36,981 nt of DNA from Octopus bimaculoides (lineage: Eukaryota). This document shows, piece by piece, positions 12,823 through 25,271 of the stretch. Each line of letters begins with the position of its first letter. Position 1 is the stretch's first letter. The notes below the pieces were generated by a model. That model ran no database searches and was not told the DNA's origin. It saw only the letters and a list, made by a program, of their open reading frames with translations. Made by a program: the position numbers and the translations under genes. Location of the stretch: positions 5,506,140 to 5,543,120 of the forward strand of contig NC_068994.1 of assembly GCF_001194135.2 (NCBI RefSeq), in the 5' to 3' direction.

Positions 12823-13924
12823 ATCGATGCCTTAAATAACGTTGATAATGAGAGTACTACCGCGTCAATGAATCCCTATATTTATCATTCCATCTGCCAC
12901 TCTTTCTCTCTCTTTCTGTCTGTCTGTCTCACTCACTGTATCTTTCTGTCTCGCTTTCCCCCTGTCTCGCTTTCCCCCTGTCCCTCTTTCTGTCTCTAAC
13001 ACGCATGCACACATACATAGAGCCCCTCTCTGTTTAATATATTTATCAATTTCACTGATATTACTTGATTTCGTTGCATAAATTCGATGGTATCAAACAG
13101 TTTTCTCTAAGTAGACATAAAGCAGCAAAACTTGGTTATTAAACGATTCCTCAAGTGCATAATGATATAAGAAAAGTGTAGTTATGGATAAGGCTTAAAA
13201 GGTGCATAGCATATTACATATATATAAACAAATAGTAAATGAGTATATGCATATATACGTACAGGTATGTGCATACCGACATCCACCTGTATATATAGGT
13301 GCATATCTGGGTACAGGACATTGCAAACAAAACGTAGACGAGAAAACACACAAGCCACATAGAGAACATTCTACTTCATCAGCTACCCACGTTTTAACAC
13401 CGGCGTTTCGACGAGCTTGGGCAGGACGCATCGTTAAAACAGCTCATCCCATGGACCGCAGATTAAATTTGTATACGCAAATTAAATCTTGCCATGGAGG
13501 AATGTAGTGGCGGACAAAAAACAAGACAGGAAAACAAACAGAAAAGGCTTTACGGCCAGACGAGAAAAATTATGTGTGTATGAACGCGGTGAATATACCG
13601 AGAAAGAATATAGTGAGAAAGGAGGAATATAAATGTAATATAATATAATATAATATAATATAACATAATATAATATAATATAATAAGAATTTAGAGCTTA
13701 TAAACGAATCCATGAAAATGATAAAATAAAAATACGATTAAAACATTTAAGTGATCAAGTGCCCAGAAGAAAATTGGTACCATTCAGCACGGGTATAATA
13801 CAAATATAACAGGTATATTAGAGCAATCAAATATAGCTAAATATAAACGAAACTATGGGGAGAGGTCAGGAGATAAGGCAAAATATTGCATTGTACATAA
13901 ATTAATAAACCCAACAATAACACT

Positions 13925-14212
13925 CTTTTACTCTTTTACTCTTTTACTTGTTTCAGTCATTTGACTGCGGCCATGCTGGAGCACCGCCTTTAGTCGAGCA
14001 AATCGACCCCAGGACTTATTCTTTGTAAGCCTAGTACTTATTCTAACGGTCTCTTTTGCTGAACTGCTAAGTTTCGGAGACATAAACACACTAGCATCGG
14101 TTGTCAAGCGATGTTGGGGGGACAAACACAAACACACAAACGCACACACATATATATACATATATGTATATATATATACGACGGACTTCTTTCAGTTTCC
14201 GTCTACCAAATC
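13925..14212 (-). mobile_element. SINE family 1, head-truncated, with (CTTTTA)n tail
   Basis: Reverse-complement homology to 5912-6185. Short tandem tail tcttttactcttttactcttttac. Confidence 0.75.
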
Positions 14213-15170
14213 TGCAAGGTAGCTATATAAACCGTGGTTTATATATATTTTATTTATTATAATAATATGAGAAAATAGATTGGTAATTGTTAAATTAATA
14301 TTTATTAATTAAAAAATTGACAAACATCCCTTACAGCTGTTTCAATTCAAGCTCTCAGAAAATTAATTAAGTAAAGTAAAAATTTATTTGAAAGTCGAAT
14401 CTCTAGATAAAGGTATACAAAGTAGGTGTTCAATTTCCTCATGTTGAGTAAATGGCTGCAAACCGTTAACTGATAAAAAAATTATACATCAAGAACATAG
14501 CATATAAATGGTAGAGCCCTTAGAAGGGAAGTAAAGCTGTGTATAATGGAATTGTAAATCAATATATTTATCTGGAGTGTTAAGTATAATAAAGCTCAAG
14601 TAGATACAATTGGTAAAAATGTCATATTGTGCTATTAAATCAATATAAACTTAGTATGTAGAGTTTAATTCAAGTGTGTATAGTTACTAGTGTATAGTGA
14701 AGGTGGAAGATACTCAGGCAATAAATTACTTATTAAAAATATCGAAATAGTTAAAAGTCCTATGAGAATATTCACTCAATTTTGGTGGTACATAAAAATT
14801 ATGTATATAATAATTTTCAAATTTTTTATCTATTTACATGAATATTAACATTCGCTGGTTCATAATTTGTGTATGCCCCTAGTTTAGTTTGTTCCTAGTT
14901 CTCTCTTCAGCTTTTCTCCTCTAAATTGAATTAATTGTACTAGATGAACCAAACCTTTAGCTATTACCTAACTTACTGTAAATAACAATTATTTAGTTCT
15001 ACTTGTTTTCGCTTTTGTATGTCCCTAAATTAAATTATTCCTAGATTTTTCTTTAGCCATTCACCTCTATATGAATACCTACTTCCGGTTTTGAAAGCTT
15101 TATATTTAACCATTTATAGTTCTTTACTGATTAAGAATTTCTATTTTCATGTATATTTTTCTCTTTTTAG

Positions 15171-15320
15171 ATTCATTAATGAACGTCACGCAACCAACTG
15201 GATTGAAATGCGAAATAAAGAACACTACTAATACTAAGACTACAATTTGCACTGGTGACGTACATACTGATACGTTGAATATCAATGGAACGGCTGGAAT
15301 TAATTTTATTAAGTTAATTG
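15171..15320 (+). CDS. Exon 5: second half of the degenerate lectin-like domain (D)SLMNVTQPTGLKCEIKNTTNTKTTICTGDVHTDTLNINGTAGINFIKLI
   Basis: Acceptor tttttctctttttAG, donor G|GTATGT, 150 nt, phase 1-1. Its two Cys are spaced similarly to those in exon 8. Confidence 0.78.
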
Positions 15321-15889
15321 GTATGTTGAAACATCACTTTAAAAGCAATTTGCAGATGTTTATTCATTTTTTTTTGGTATTTTTTATCATGTTCAATCAT
15401 TAATATCATGACTTTTGTCAAACAAGAATTTATCACAGAACTCTTCATTAAAACAATTTTTTATGGAAACAACTTTTTTAAGAAAAAATCTTTTCACAAG
15501 ACAAATTATTACTGAAAAGATACTTTTTTTCAGCTAAACGATTTGACTTTGAATTAATTCATAAAAAGTATTTTGTAATATACTTCGATTTTGTATTTGG
15601 TTTGCAAGATTCTTGATGCGAGTTCATGTGTTGAGACAAAATCTTGTTTCTTAGGTAGATTATTACACCAATAAACACACGCGCCGGTTCAATATAACTT
15701 CTTCATTGTTAGTTAATCGGGTAAATATTGGTTGATTATGATTGAAAATTAACCAATAAAACGTGATCACCACGCAAACGGCCACGACCCCTCACACTTT
15801 CATTCGCAACTTAGGTATATATTGTCAGGCACACAACAGACTCGGCTATAACATTCTGCTGTCGGATAGTGCGTGCTTAACAGATACCG

Positions 15890-16042
15890 CGGGCATCTTT
15901 CAGTTTCTGTCTACTAAATCCACATACAAGGTTTGGTTGTCCGGGTTTATAATGGAAGTTACTTGCCCAAGATACCATACTGTAGCACTGAACTTAGAAA
16001 AATCTGATTGTGGAACAAATTTTCTATCACTAGGCTACACCT
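15890..16042 (-). mobile_element. SINE family 1, degenerate 5' part
   Basis: TCTTTCAGTTTCTGTCTACTAAATC matches 14188-14212, and ACTTGCCCAAG matches the head of the 5912 copy in reverse. Confidence 0.55.
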
Positions 16043-16194
16043 TCACCTATATCATTTTCTCCACAAAACAAATTTTAAGTATAATAACTTGTATTAGAAA
16101 TTGTGTTACAGACTGCAACATATATATGTATATATACACAAATATATGTATATGATTTTATATACATGTATTTGTATACCGACAAATGGACAGA

Positions 16195-16213
16195 CAGACA
16201 CACACACACAGAG

Positions 16214-16271
<58 letters not shown>

Positions 16272-16290
16272 ACAAACATGCACGCACGCA
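16195..16290. repeat. (AC)n compound microsatellite
   Basis: Direct inspection. Confidence 0.93.
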
Positions 16291-16789
16291 CAGATGCACG
16301 ATCTTAACAAACCTTAATAGCATAGTAGGCTCCCGGGCAAGTCATTGAATTAAGCTCTTTAATATTTAGATACTAACAGGAAGACACAGCGAATTTACAT
16401 CATAATTAGGCCCCTAATACCAGAGGCCCCAACATAACTTCCCCGTGTACCCATACCTTAGAACTGCAATGTTAGCATACTGTTGATTTCTTTTTGATAG
16501 AAACAGTTCAATTTTCCCTTCTCGGCTAAGAAACAGAAAACTTGTTTTAAACTTTTCACAACTGTAGCTTATGTAGATTCTACATGTACAGGAATCACAT
16601 AATTTTTTATTTCTTATATGTGCATGAATTTCTACAAATTTAAGATTGTAAAAGTTAAATATAGAAAATAGCACTATTGTCGATGAATTACTTGATATGT
16701 GAGACTTTGGAAGTTTGAGATTTATATTCAATAACTGTTTTGTTTTAATGCTCATTTACAAAGAAACTGTTTCGATGTTATCAATTTAG

Positions 16790-16933
16790 GATGCCCACCA
16801 CAATTGTATGGTAAAAACTGTACCAAGAAATGTCATTGTTCTGGAAATAAATCATGTCACCAAATTACTGGAGAGTGTAAAGATGGCTGCGAAGATGGAT
16901 GGTATGGAGGGAAGTGTGAGAAGCAAACATATG
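16790..16933 (+). CDS. Exon 6: EGF repeat (G)CPPQLYGKNCTKKCHCSGNKSCHQITGECKDGCEDGWYGGKCEKQTY
   Basis: Acceptor caatttAG, donor G|GTGAGT, 144 nt, 8-Cys MEGF10-type pattern. Confidence 0.93.
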
Positions 16934-17413
16934 GTGAGTACATATTTGTTCAGAGTATGAGGATACTTAGATACTTAGATAACTTTCAGCCAGAGGTTAC
17001 CAGTGCCATGACTAACTTAGTTGAAGCAGTTGAGAAGACATTTAATTATGTTTAATGTTACAGTCATACTTTCGGAATCGTAGCCCATGCGAATAAATCT
17101 TCTCAATACGGTTCATTTCTTTGGTATTCAGATCTGAAACCAGCTATTAATATTTACTGCATGGCACATAACGTGAATAGATATGTATTTCATAGCATAT
17201 AGAAACTTCGGAACAGTAAGCACTTAGGATTCTTTTGTTGGTGTTATATGTCCTTGATAAAATGATTTAACAAAGATACAATTAAACTCAGCATACTGAA
17301 ATAGGACATGGTAAAATTGATGTCTGTTTTATTAACCGAAACTGTTTAGTTCTTTCAATTTATGAGACTTGGAGAATCTGTGAATGCAAGTGGTATTGGG
17401 GTTCACGCTTTAC

Positions 17414-17452
<39 letters not shown>

Positions 17453-19063
17453 AAGGCGTAGCGAAGGAAGAACCGTCATATCCGATGGAACTTGGAAAAG
17501 TAAGATAAATATTATTCATGGTATAAATGACGGAGACAGAGAAGTATTTAGTTATGTCGTTTTTTATTCCAAGTCCATTTCCACCCCTCAACCGAACTAC
17601 TCTTGAATGTTCACCCTTCCAGTGAGTATCGATATTATACTTACCAGTAATATATACTAAAATCTATGCAATAAATTATTTAATTTTTGCTAATGAATGA
17701 GAGATGTATTGTTCTCGTATTTACAGAATATATTCCATTTCATATTCCTATATGTCAGTCATTCTAGTTTTCAGATTCCTTAGTATATTGTTATATAGTA
17801 ATGTTATTGTTGTTCTCATACGTCTAATTGAGTGGGATTAGTATAGGATTGTATTAAGATATTAGTGTTGTATCAAAAGGTTTCGTGAATGAGTTATTTT
17901 TACGACAGGAAATTGTATTATATAATTTTATATTCATCAATTTTCCCAAGATAATATTCTACGATATCAAATTAGAAAATTATCTAGCATGTAGTATAAA
18001 ATAAGTTAGCTCTTAAACTTCAGCTTTATGTAGATTTGAAGAAAATTATATAACTTAAATAAGTTTCGGCCAGTATAGGCCCAGGTCATATCTAACTTAA
18101 TAGCACCACCTGGAGAAGTCTTTTAGATCGTGATTAACACCCGACTCATATATGTGACATCATGGCCCACTCTAGCAAAGAGTTTTTAAAATTTATTTTT
18201 GGAGACATATCCAGGTGTAGGGGGTTGGTCTGGGACTTTTGGAAAAAATTGTCCAGAGAACTAGAATTTTATGGGATCTGTTTCCGTTTTGATGTATTTT
18301 GAAATAATATTAAAATGAGCTGAACCGGTTGAGGTAAAGTAGTTGTGTCGTAATGTTGTTATGTGTCCTGAGTTCGATTTTTGTAGTCGGCGGAGAGCAC
18401 AGAGGTCAAGTCTTGCGTGGATTTTAAAATGGATGCTAACATTATTCGTGCAATATTGATGGAATATTTTCCACATCAGATATATGATGTAGCGCTCACA
18501 GTGGCGTTGGAGAGAGAAGAGAATGAGGTTTTTAGTCGACCCCAGGAGTTGATGCTTGTCATGCCGTCTATCTTTCTTATTATTGACCTCTGGAGTGCTT
18601 CCACTTTCATAATGCTTTGCTTCGTGTGGGGTGACCACAGTGGGCAACATTATTCAAGGTGGATCGGTCAAAAGTAGAGAAGGAGAAGGATGAAAGTGTG
18701 AGCATCTCTAGACCAGACGACTCTCAGAATTCAAGAGCACATCTTGCGGGCCAAGTCAACCTTACTGTTTACATGGGAACTCCAGCTTAGATTGTTATGA
18801 ACTTTCTCGATATTCTTGCCTGATCTTTTATGAATATTTAGTTTATAAGTGTTAAGTTTTTGTCTTATAACTGCCATCTCCCATCTGGTACTTTGGGATG
18901 ATACAAACTTTGTATATTTTAAGTATATACTACATTTTTTATAGTTATGTACAGAAAAGTGGAGCTATAGAAATATGCCACTTATTCAGAAAATAACGGT
19001 TTCAAAATATATTGAACTAAAAATTGTATACTAATCATTAATTTAGGCTTCTATCTTTTTCAG

Positions 19064-19255
19064 TTAATATTGCTCAAGGTAAACAAACAAATCAATCAAG
19101 TACTTATGGAACGAAAGGAACACGTGTCTTCCATAATGGAACATGTGTGGACATGAAGGTAGGGATGACATCCGCCAAGGCGGTTGACGGTAATTTTGAC
19201 CCTGGAGTCGTACATAAATCATGTGCAAATACTAACAAGGAAAAGGATCCATTTT
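19064..19255 (+). CDS. Exon 7 (3' end lost in gap): N-half of the F-type lectin domain (V)NIAQGKQTNQSSTYGTKGTRVFHNGTCVDMKVGMTSAKAVDGNFDPGVVHKSCANTNKEKDPF
   Basis: Acceptor ctatctttttcAG. NIA.GK.T.QSSTY, A.AVDGN and SC..T...P motifs typical of FTP domains. Runs into Ns at 19256. Confidence 0.88.
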
Positions 19256-19504
19256 NNNNNNNNNNNNNNNNNNNNNNNNNNNNNNNNNNNNNNNNNNNNN
19301 NNNNNNNNNNNNNNNNNNNNNNNNNNNNNNNNNNNNNNNNNNNNNNNNNNNNNNNNNNNNNNNNNNNNNNNNNNNNNNNNNNNNNNNNNNNNNNNNNNNN
19401 NNNNNNNNNNNNNNNNNNNNNNNNNNNNNNNNNNNNNNNNNNNNNNNNNNNNNNNNNNNNNNNNNNNNNNNNNNNNNNNNNNNNNNNNNNNNNNNNNNNN
19501 NNNN
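19256..19504. other. Assembly gap interrupting exon 7
   Basis: Ns begin mid-reading-frame. Confidence 1.
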
Positions 19505-20290
19505 TCGGTGTTGCTACTTTTAACAATTCCAGCGGCAAGTTAGAAGCCCTGTCGGTTCAAATTACGTTTGTTCATTTGAGTTCAAATAGTGTGTAAAATT
19601 ATTATACAGTTAATTAAAAGAACATTATAATAGTTGGTGAAATTTGAACTGTTTTCTCACCACCACTGATTCCTTGAGAATGGAAATAATTTTTGTTTAC
19701 ATTTTATTTTGAACTTCAGAAGAGACAAAGCCTATGATCGGAAGAAACTTGTATTGACTTCATAATATTGTGGATATGAACTCAGGAGATGATATCCATC
19801 TAACCAAAATTCCATTTTATCTTTAACACTTGTAATTGCTAGTGCATTACTAGACTTTAGATCGTTGTGGATTTGAATGAATGTCGTGTCTGTTTTTATG
19901 ACTGAATTGTTATTAAATGATGAATTGTTTTCTTCTTATTAAAATCACATCGTTTTTAATACAGTGTTATAGCAGAAACAGTTGACTTTAATGCATTGAT
20001 ATATAAAAACATATATGCTGACTGGTGGCAAAAGCGTAAAAAGGGAGACAATCTGAAAAAAGGAGAATCTCCCCTGTATTTGAAAACTATAGAAATACTT
20101 TCTTTTAAATCATTTAATTTAATTTTCCCACAATTTGTTTTTCATGCTTTACTCTAAGTTGAAAAAGTCACAAAAGACTGATACCAGAACTAAGACATTC
20201 TTCATGATAAAATTATTTTAGCATTCTCTACCTTGTCTTATTTTCCTTATACATATCAGCTCGTGCATTCCTTTTCAACCATCTACATGA

Positions 20291-20397
20291 ATGTGTGTGT
20301 GTGTGTGCGTGTGTGTGTGTATGTGTGTATGTGTGTGTGTGTGTGTGCGTGCGTGGGTGTGTGTGTGTGTGCGTGTGTGTGTGTGCGTGTGTGTATG
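20291..20397. repeat. (TG)n compound microsatellite
   Basis: Direct inspection. Confidence 0.93.
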
Positions 20398-20599
20398 TCT
20401 TTATGTATATATGCTGAGACCCCCACCTCTGGTCATGACTGACCATGGGATTGCGCCTAGAAAGTTACCCTCCCAGGCGGTAGAGTTTATGTTGTTTTTT
20501 TTATTCTTTTCTTTTACTGTGTTAATCGTGGTAGTGGTGTTGGTGCAGTTAGTGGTATTGGTACTGTTATTTGTGCTGTTCAGATGGGGAAATCCTCCG

Positions 20600-23407
20600 A
20601 GGTATTGACCGTCAGAACAGCCACTACCACTCCCCCCGACCAACGAAGCCATCCTGTCTTTCGTTAGACGAATAACATAAAAGTATTTTATAAGGACCAA
20701 AATGTCCAAACTTCTCAAAAATGCAGCACGTACCAGATGTCGAAAATAATAGTAGTGATGACGATAGTAACGAACGATAATATAGTATTTTACAGCAGAT
20801 AATAGAGTAAGTGGGAGGAAGTGGAGTAGAGAAGAAAACAGTTTAGTGATGCAGTGCTACTTAGAAAGTGAACCTAAAAGAAGGGTCTACAAAAATGAGT
20901 GTTAACACTTTAGGTAGAGAAGGCTAAGTTTAAAGTAACTTATCAAGCTAATACTATTAGGCGAAAAAAGTGGATGACAGAATTGGAGGCGGAAGAGATC
21001 ACAAGAGAACTGGAAATGAAAGACCAGGCAGTGGGAAAGACAAACAACATAAGAGATAGAGCTCAAGCCAAAAAAGAATCTAAAAGAATAAATAATAATA
21101 GCGCTACCAATAAGGAAGGGACAACTGGCACCAACGACATAAGTGATTTGAGTGAAGAAGATTTTAGATGAGTTGCAGGAAGTAATGAGTAAAGAAGTAA
21201 GAAGAAGATTGCCAGCATTAAAAGGCACCAACAGAAGGAAGCTACAAGAAATGACTTGGAAAGTATATTCTGTTATCAGTAGGATAGATACTAAAAATAT
21301 AGAAGACACTAACTTATTGATCTACGCAGGAGGGGTAGCAGTCACCAGAAGATTAGATATCTCATAGAGAAATATTAAAAAAGAGCAAATGTGGGAAAGG
21401 AGACTACAAAATAAAGTGAAGACTTTAAGACAAGATCTGAGTAGAATAGAAGCCTGGAAACTGAACGAGTTAGGAAACACAAGATGCAAATCTTCCCTCG
21501 AGAAAAGGTACTTAGTCAAAGAGAAAGGATCTGGGACAGTAATAGAACAGCGTATCATAGCAGCAGCAAGTAGTCTCTCCAGATATCAGAAAAGAACAGA
21601 ATAGATTATTTGAGACAGAGCAGAGGAGATTTTATAAACAAATAAATAGTGGAGAACAAAGTACTAAAGATGAGAAACCTAATTTAGAAGAAGCTAGTAC
21701 ATTCTGGAGAAATATATGAGTTAAACCAGTCAATCGTAATGGAGATGCAATATGGTTAAAGAAAGTGAGGGAAAAAGTACGGAGTGAGAAGCAGCCAGAT
21801 TTTAGATTAACTAGTGAAGTAATGAGTAAAGTGTTAAGAAAAATGCCGAATTGGAAGGGCCCAGAGCCAGATTTAGTTCAAGGATACTGGCTAAAGAAAT
21901 TCAGTAGTTTACATGGTAGGCTGAAGGAACAACTTCAGGATTGCCTTAATAGAGGAATGATACCAGATTGGATGACTAAAGTGAAGACAGTACTCATTAT
22001 GAAGAATAAGAGCAAGGGTAATACGGTTAGCAACTATAGACTAATCACTTGCTTACCGTTAGTGTGGAAGCTGTTAACAGGAATGCTTTCAGAAAGCATT
22101 TACGAGCACCTTGACAACCAAAATTTACTGCAAGAACATAAAGATTACATAATGAAGGCTAGAGGAACATATGATCTATTATATATAGACAAAGTTGTTC
22201 TAAATGAAGTAAAAGCTGGAAAGAAAAATCTAACAATTGTATGGATAGATTATAGGAAAGCCTATGACATGATCCCACACTCATGGATAAGTGAATGTTT
22301 GAGTATATTCAGTTTAGCAGATACCATAAGAGAATTAATTAACTTTAGCATGAAGAAACGGAAAGTAGATTTTTACTCAGGTGACACACTCTTAAGGAAT
22401 GTTAATATCAAAAGAAGAATTTTCTAGGCAGACTCGTTGCCCCTTTTAATATTTGTCGTATGTTTGATGCCCCTCAGTTTAGTATTAAGGAAGGCAAAGG
22501 CTGCGTATCAGTTCCGAAATAACAAGGGAAAAATTATTCATTTGCTCTACATGGATGATCTGAAGTTTTTTAGTAATAATGATAAAGAGATAGATTCCCC
22601 AATACAAACTGTAAGACCCTTCAGCAAAGCTATAGGTATGGAATTTGGCATGGATGAATGTTCAGTATAAGTCATGAGAATTGGACAGGTAGTCAACAGA
22701 GAAGGCATCTAATTACTAGATGGCCAGATACTAAAATCATTGAAAGGAAGAGGGAGTTATAAGTATTTAGAAGTATTGGAATGTGACAGAGTACTAACTG
22801 CAGAAATGAAAACGAAAATTGAAAAGGAGTACATAAGAAGCATGAGGAATCTAATGAAGTCAAAGCTAAATGGTCCGAATCTACTGGAGGCTGTAAATAC
22901 TTGGGCAGTATCATTACATACTCAGCAGCTTTTGTAGATTGGACAAAAGTTGAATTAGCAAAGCTAGACAGAAGATATAGGAAGGAATTCAATATGAATA
23001 GAGGACTCCATCCAAGTGCAGGAATAGCGAGATTATACCTACATAGAGAGAAAGTTGAAATAGGGTTAATTTCAGCAGAAGACTGCGTAGAGTTAGCTAG
23101 AGTAAATACAGACAACGTAAGAGAATTAATTAACTTTGGTATGAAGAAATGGAAAGTAGATTTCTACTCATGTGACACACTCTTAGGGAAAGTTAAAATC
23201 AAAAGAGGAATTTTCCAGAGTGACTCGTTGTCCCCTTTAATATTTGTCTTATGTTTGATTCCCCTCACTTTAGTATTAAGGAAGGCAACAGCAGGGTATC
23301 ATTTCCGAAATAGTAAGGGGAAAAATTATTCATTTGCTCTACATGGCTGATCTGAAGCTTTTTAATAAGAATGAATAAGAGATAGATTCCTTAGTACAGA
23401 CTGTAAA
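20600..23407 (+). mobile_element. Decayed R4/Dong-clade (RLE-type) non-LTR retrotransposon, 3'-truncated, with internal duplication of part of the RT
   Basis: Broken ORF: N-terminal RKWSREENSLVMQCYLESEPKRR (Myb-like), MPNWKGPEPDLVQGYWLKK, NYRLITCL, WIDYRKAYDMIPHSWI, YMDD at 22548-22559. Several stops and frameshifts. No endonuclease region seen. Boundaries approximate. Confidence 0.85.
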
Positions 23408-23729
23408 CTTCTTTCATTTCACCGAAAGTCTCTTTTCGTGTACGACCTTATGAAGTATAAGAACCTGATCATTAATCTACATTCAACTGCTTCCATTATA
23501 ACACCTTAGTTCACTTCAGCAGCCGTAAAAGACAAATGAACACGAGCGGGAATCGGCAATATGCAATGTGACAAGTAGAGACATGCAGGGTTATACCTGT
23601 CCAAGTTCCGTTTCTTGCAACAAACGGAAGTGAGTCTGGGGAAAACTTTAATGAACATCCCTTGTATGTATTAGCACAATGAATGTCCTAAATTATTGAT
23701 TTTCTCCATTGATTGTGTTATCGATGTAA

Positions 23730-24040
23730 AGGCGTGTAGCTTAGTGGGTAGGGTATTCAGCTCAAGATCGTAAGGTTGTGAGCTCAATTCCCGGCGACGC
23801 ATTGTGTCCTTGGGCAAAACACTTTATTTCACGTTGCTCCAGTCCACTCAGCTAGCAAAAAATGAGTTTTACTTGTATTTTAAAGGGTCAGCCTTGACAC
23901 GCTCTATGTTACACTGAAACTCACGTTAAGGACACACGTGTTTGTGGAGTACTCAACCGCTTGCAGGTTAACTTCACGAGCAGGCTGTTCTGTTGATCAG
24001 ATCAACCGGAAACCTCGTCGTTATAACCGACGGAGTGCCC
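23730..24040 (+). mobile_element. tRNA-derived SINE (family 3)
   Basis: A box TAGCTTAGTGG at 23737, B-box-like GAGCTCAATTC at 23780, then TGTGTCCTTGGGCAAAACACTT central-domain-like motif. Not a complete tRNA cloverleaf. Confidence 0.68.
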
Positions 24041-24181
24041 GTACATATTCTGTTGCCGATTATTTAATAAGACAAATTATAAATATAAAGGTAAATCCGT
24101 CGCTTGGTAATCTTTCGTTTGAAATTATTCTCAATATAACTAACATCTGATTCCAATTTTACTCTTATATTTTGGTTCTAG

Positions 24182-24370
24182 GTGACAGGCTGAAAGGATT
24201 TAAAGTTTATGTTGGATCATCAATTTGTTTTGAAAATGGGAGTTCTGAATACAAAAAAGATGTAATTCATATTAAATGTGCAGAACCACTCAATTCAAGT
24301 TATGTCAAAATATCGTTATTAGATGGACAGAATAAGAGAATGCTTACTCTATGTGAAGTGGAAGTATTAC
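24182..24370 (+). CDS. Exon 8: C-half of the F-type lectin domain xDRLKGFKVYVGSSICFENGSSEYKKDVIHIKCAEPLNSSYVKISLLDGQNKRMLTLCEVEVL
   Basis: Acceptor ttttggttctAG, donor C|GTAAGT, 189 nt, phase 1-1. Contains RL.GF.V.V and the LTLCEVEV FTP signature. Confidence 0.92.
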
Positions 24371-24974
24371 GTAAGTTATGTTTATTTGTTATTTCACTTG
24401 GTAAATATTGATTTATAAGAATGTTACAGAGCTATCGATTTTGAGATAAAGTACAACTGATGATCTTGACTACCATACTGAACTGATGACTATTTTATTG
24501 ATCCCAGAAGTATAAAAGGTAAAATGTATAGAGTGGGATTTGAAATCAGAACCTGAATAAACCAACTAATTGCAATTAAATAATGTTTTTCCAACCTTTT
24601 TGTCAACCCCCAACCCGACGTAGCATGTTTAAATAGTAAAGCTTTCTGTAGTTAAATGCAGCATCGTCAAGTAATATGGTAATTTAGTGAACTCATTAAT
24701 ATTTTGGAGTTGTTTCCCAAAACTTATCGCTGTGAGAACGGTCATTTAATAAGAATATAAGGTACCGAGCATATACATACAAATATAACATAGATGAGGC
24801 AACTGATCCGGTATCTCATACTGGAGAATTTCTAGTAGGTAATCCATATTCAGGTGTCCTTCAGTCGTTATTGTCACTATGGTTTCTTACATATAATGGA
24901 ACACGTGGCATGAACTTCAACATTTATAGCCAATTGTTCTTATTTCAGTTTTACATTAGCACAGAAATACAAAC

Positions 24975-25065
24975 TTACGAAAGGTAAAGATCGACTCCGG
25001 CGGAATTTGAAATCAGAATGTAAAGACGGACTACATACCACAAAGCATTTTTTCCGCCATGAAAG
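24975..25065 (-). mobile_element. SINE family 2 fragment (a more decayed copy lies at ~24455-24560)
   Basis: GGCGGAATTTGAAATCAGAATGTAAAGACGGA is the reverse complement of the head of the 28090 copy. Confidence 0.6.
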
Positions 25066-25271
25066 CAGATGTAGATTTATAGTCCTCATCTTATATAATT
25101 ATATATGTAATATTTGATCTATCACTGACATCAAGAGATCCACAAATTATCATTAAATTTAAACCATAATAATTCTATGAAATATTACAACTAAATATTA
25201 GATGCTAACGTTAGTGAAATATATACAGTAACCGTGATATTTTCTTTTTTTAATCAATTTTGTTATTGCAG

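Noticed and set aside
18261-18677. ORFs and a possible solo LTR (TGATGT at 18485; GAGAGAAGAGAATGAGG shared with ~26575)
   Set aside because: I could not find a matching terminus, TSD or PBS. The shared 17-mer is low-complexity purine sequence. It may be a decayed repeat but cannot be classified.
22693-23115. 140-aa minus-strand ORF (also 20902-21309)
   Set aside because: Antisense shadows of the LINE coding strand.
23606-23629. 8-bp hairpin TTCCGTTT/AAACGGAA resembling a terminator
   Set aside because: Eukaryotic intron, short, no U-tract, plausible by chance.
23730-23800. tRNA gene
   Set aside because: A and B boxes are present but there is no full cloverleaf, and it continues into a SINE body.
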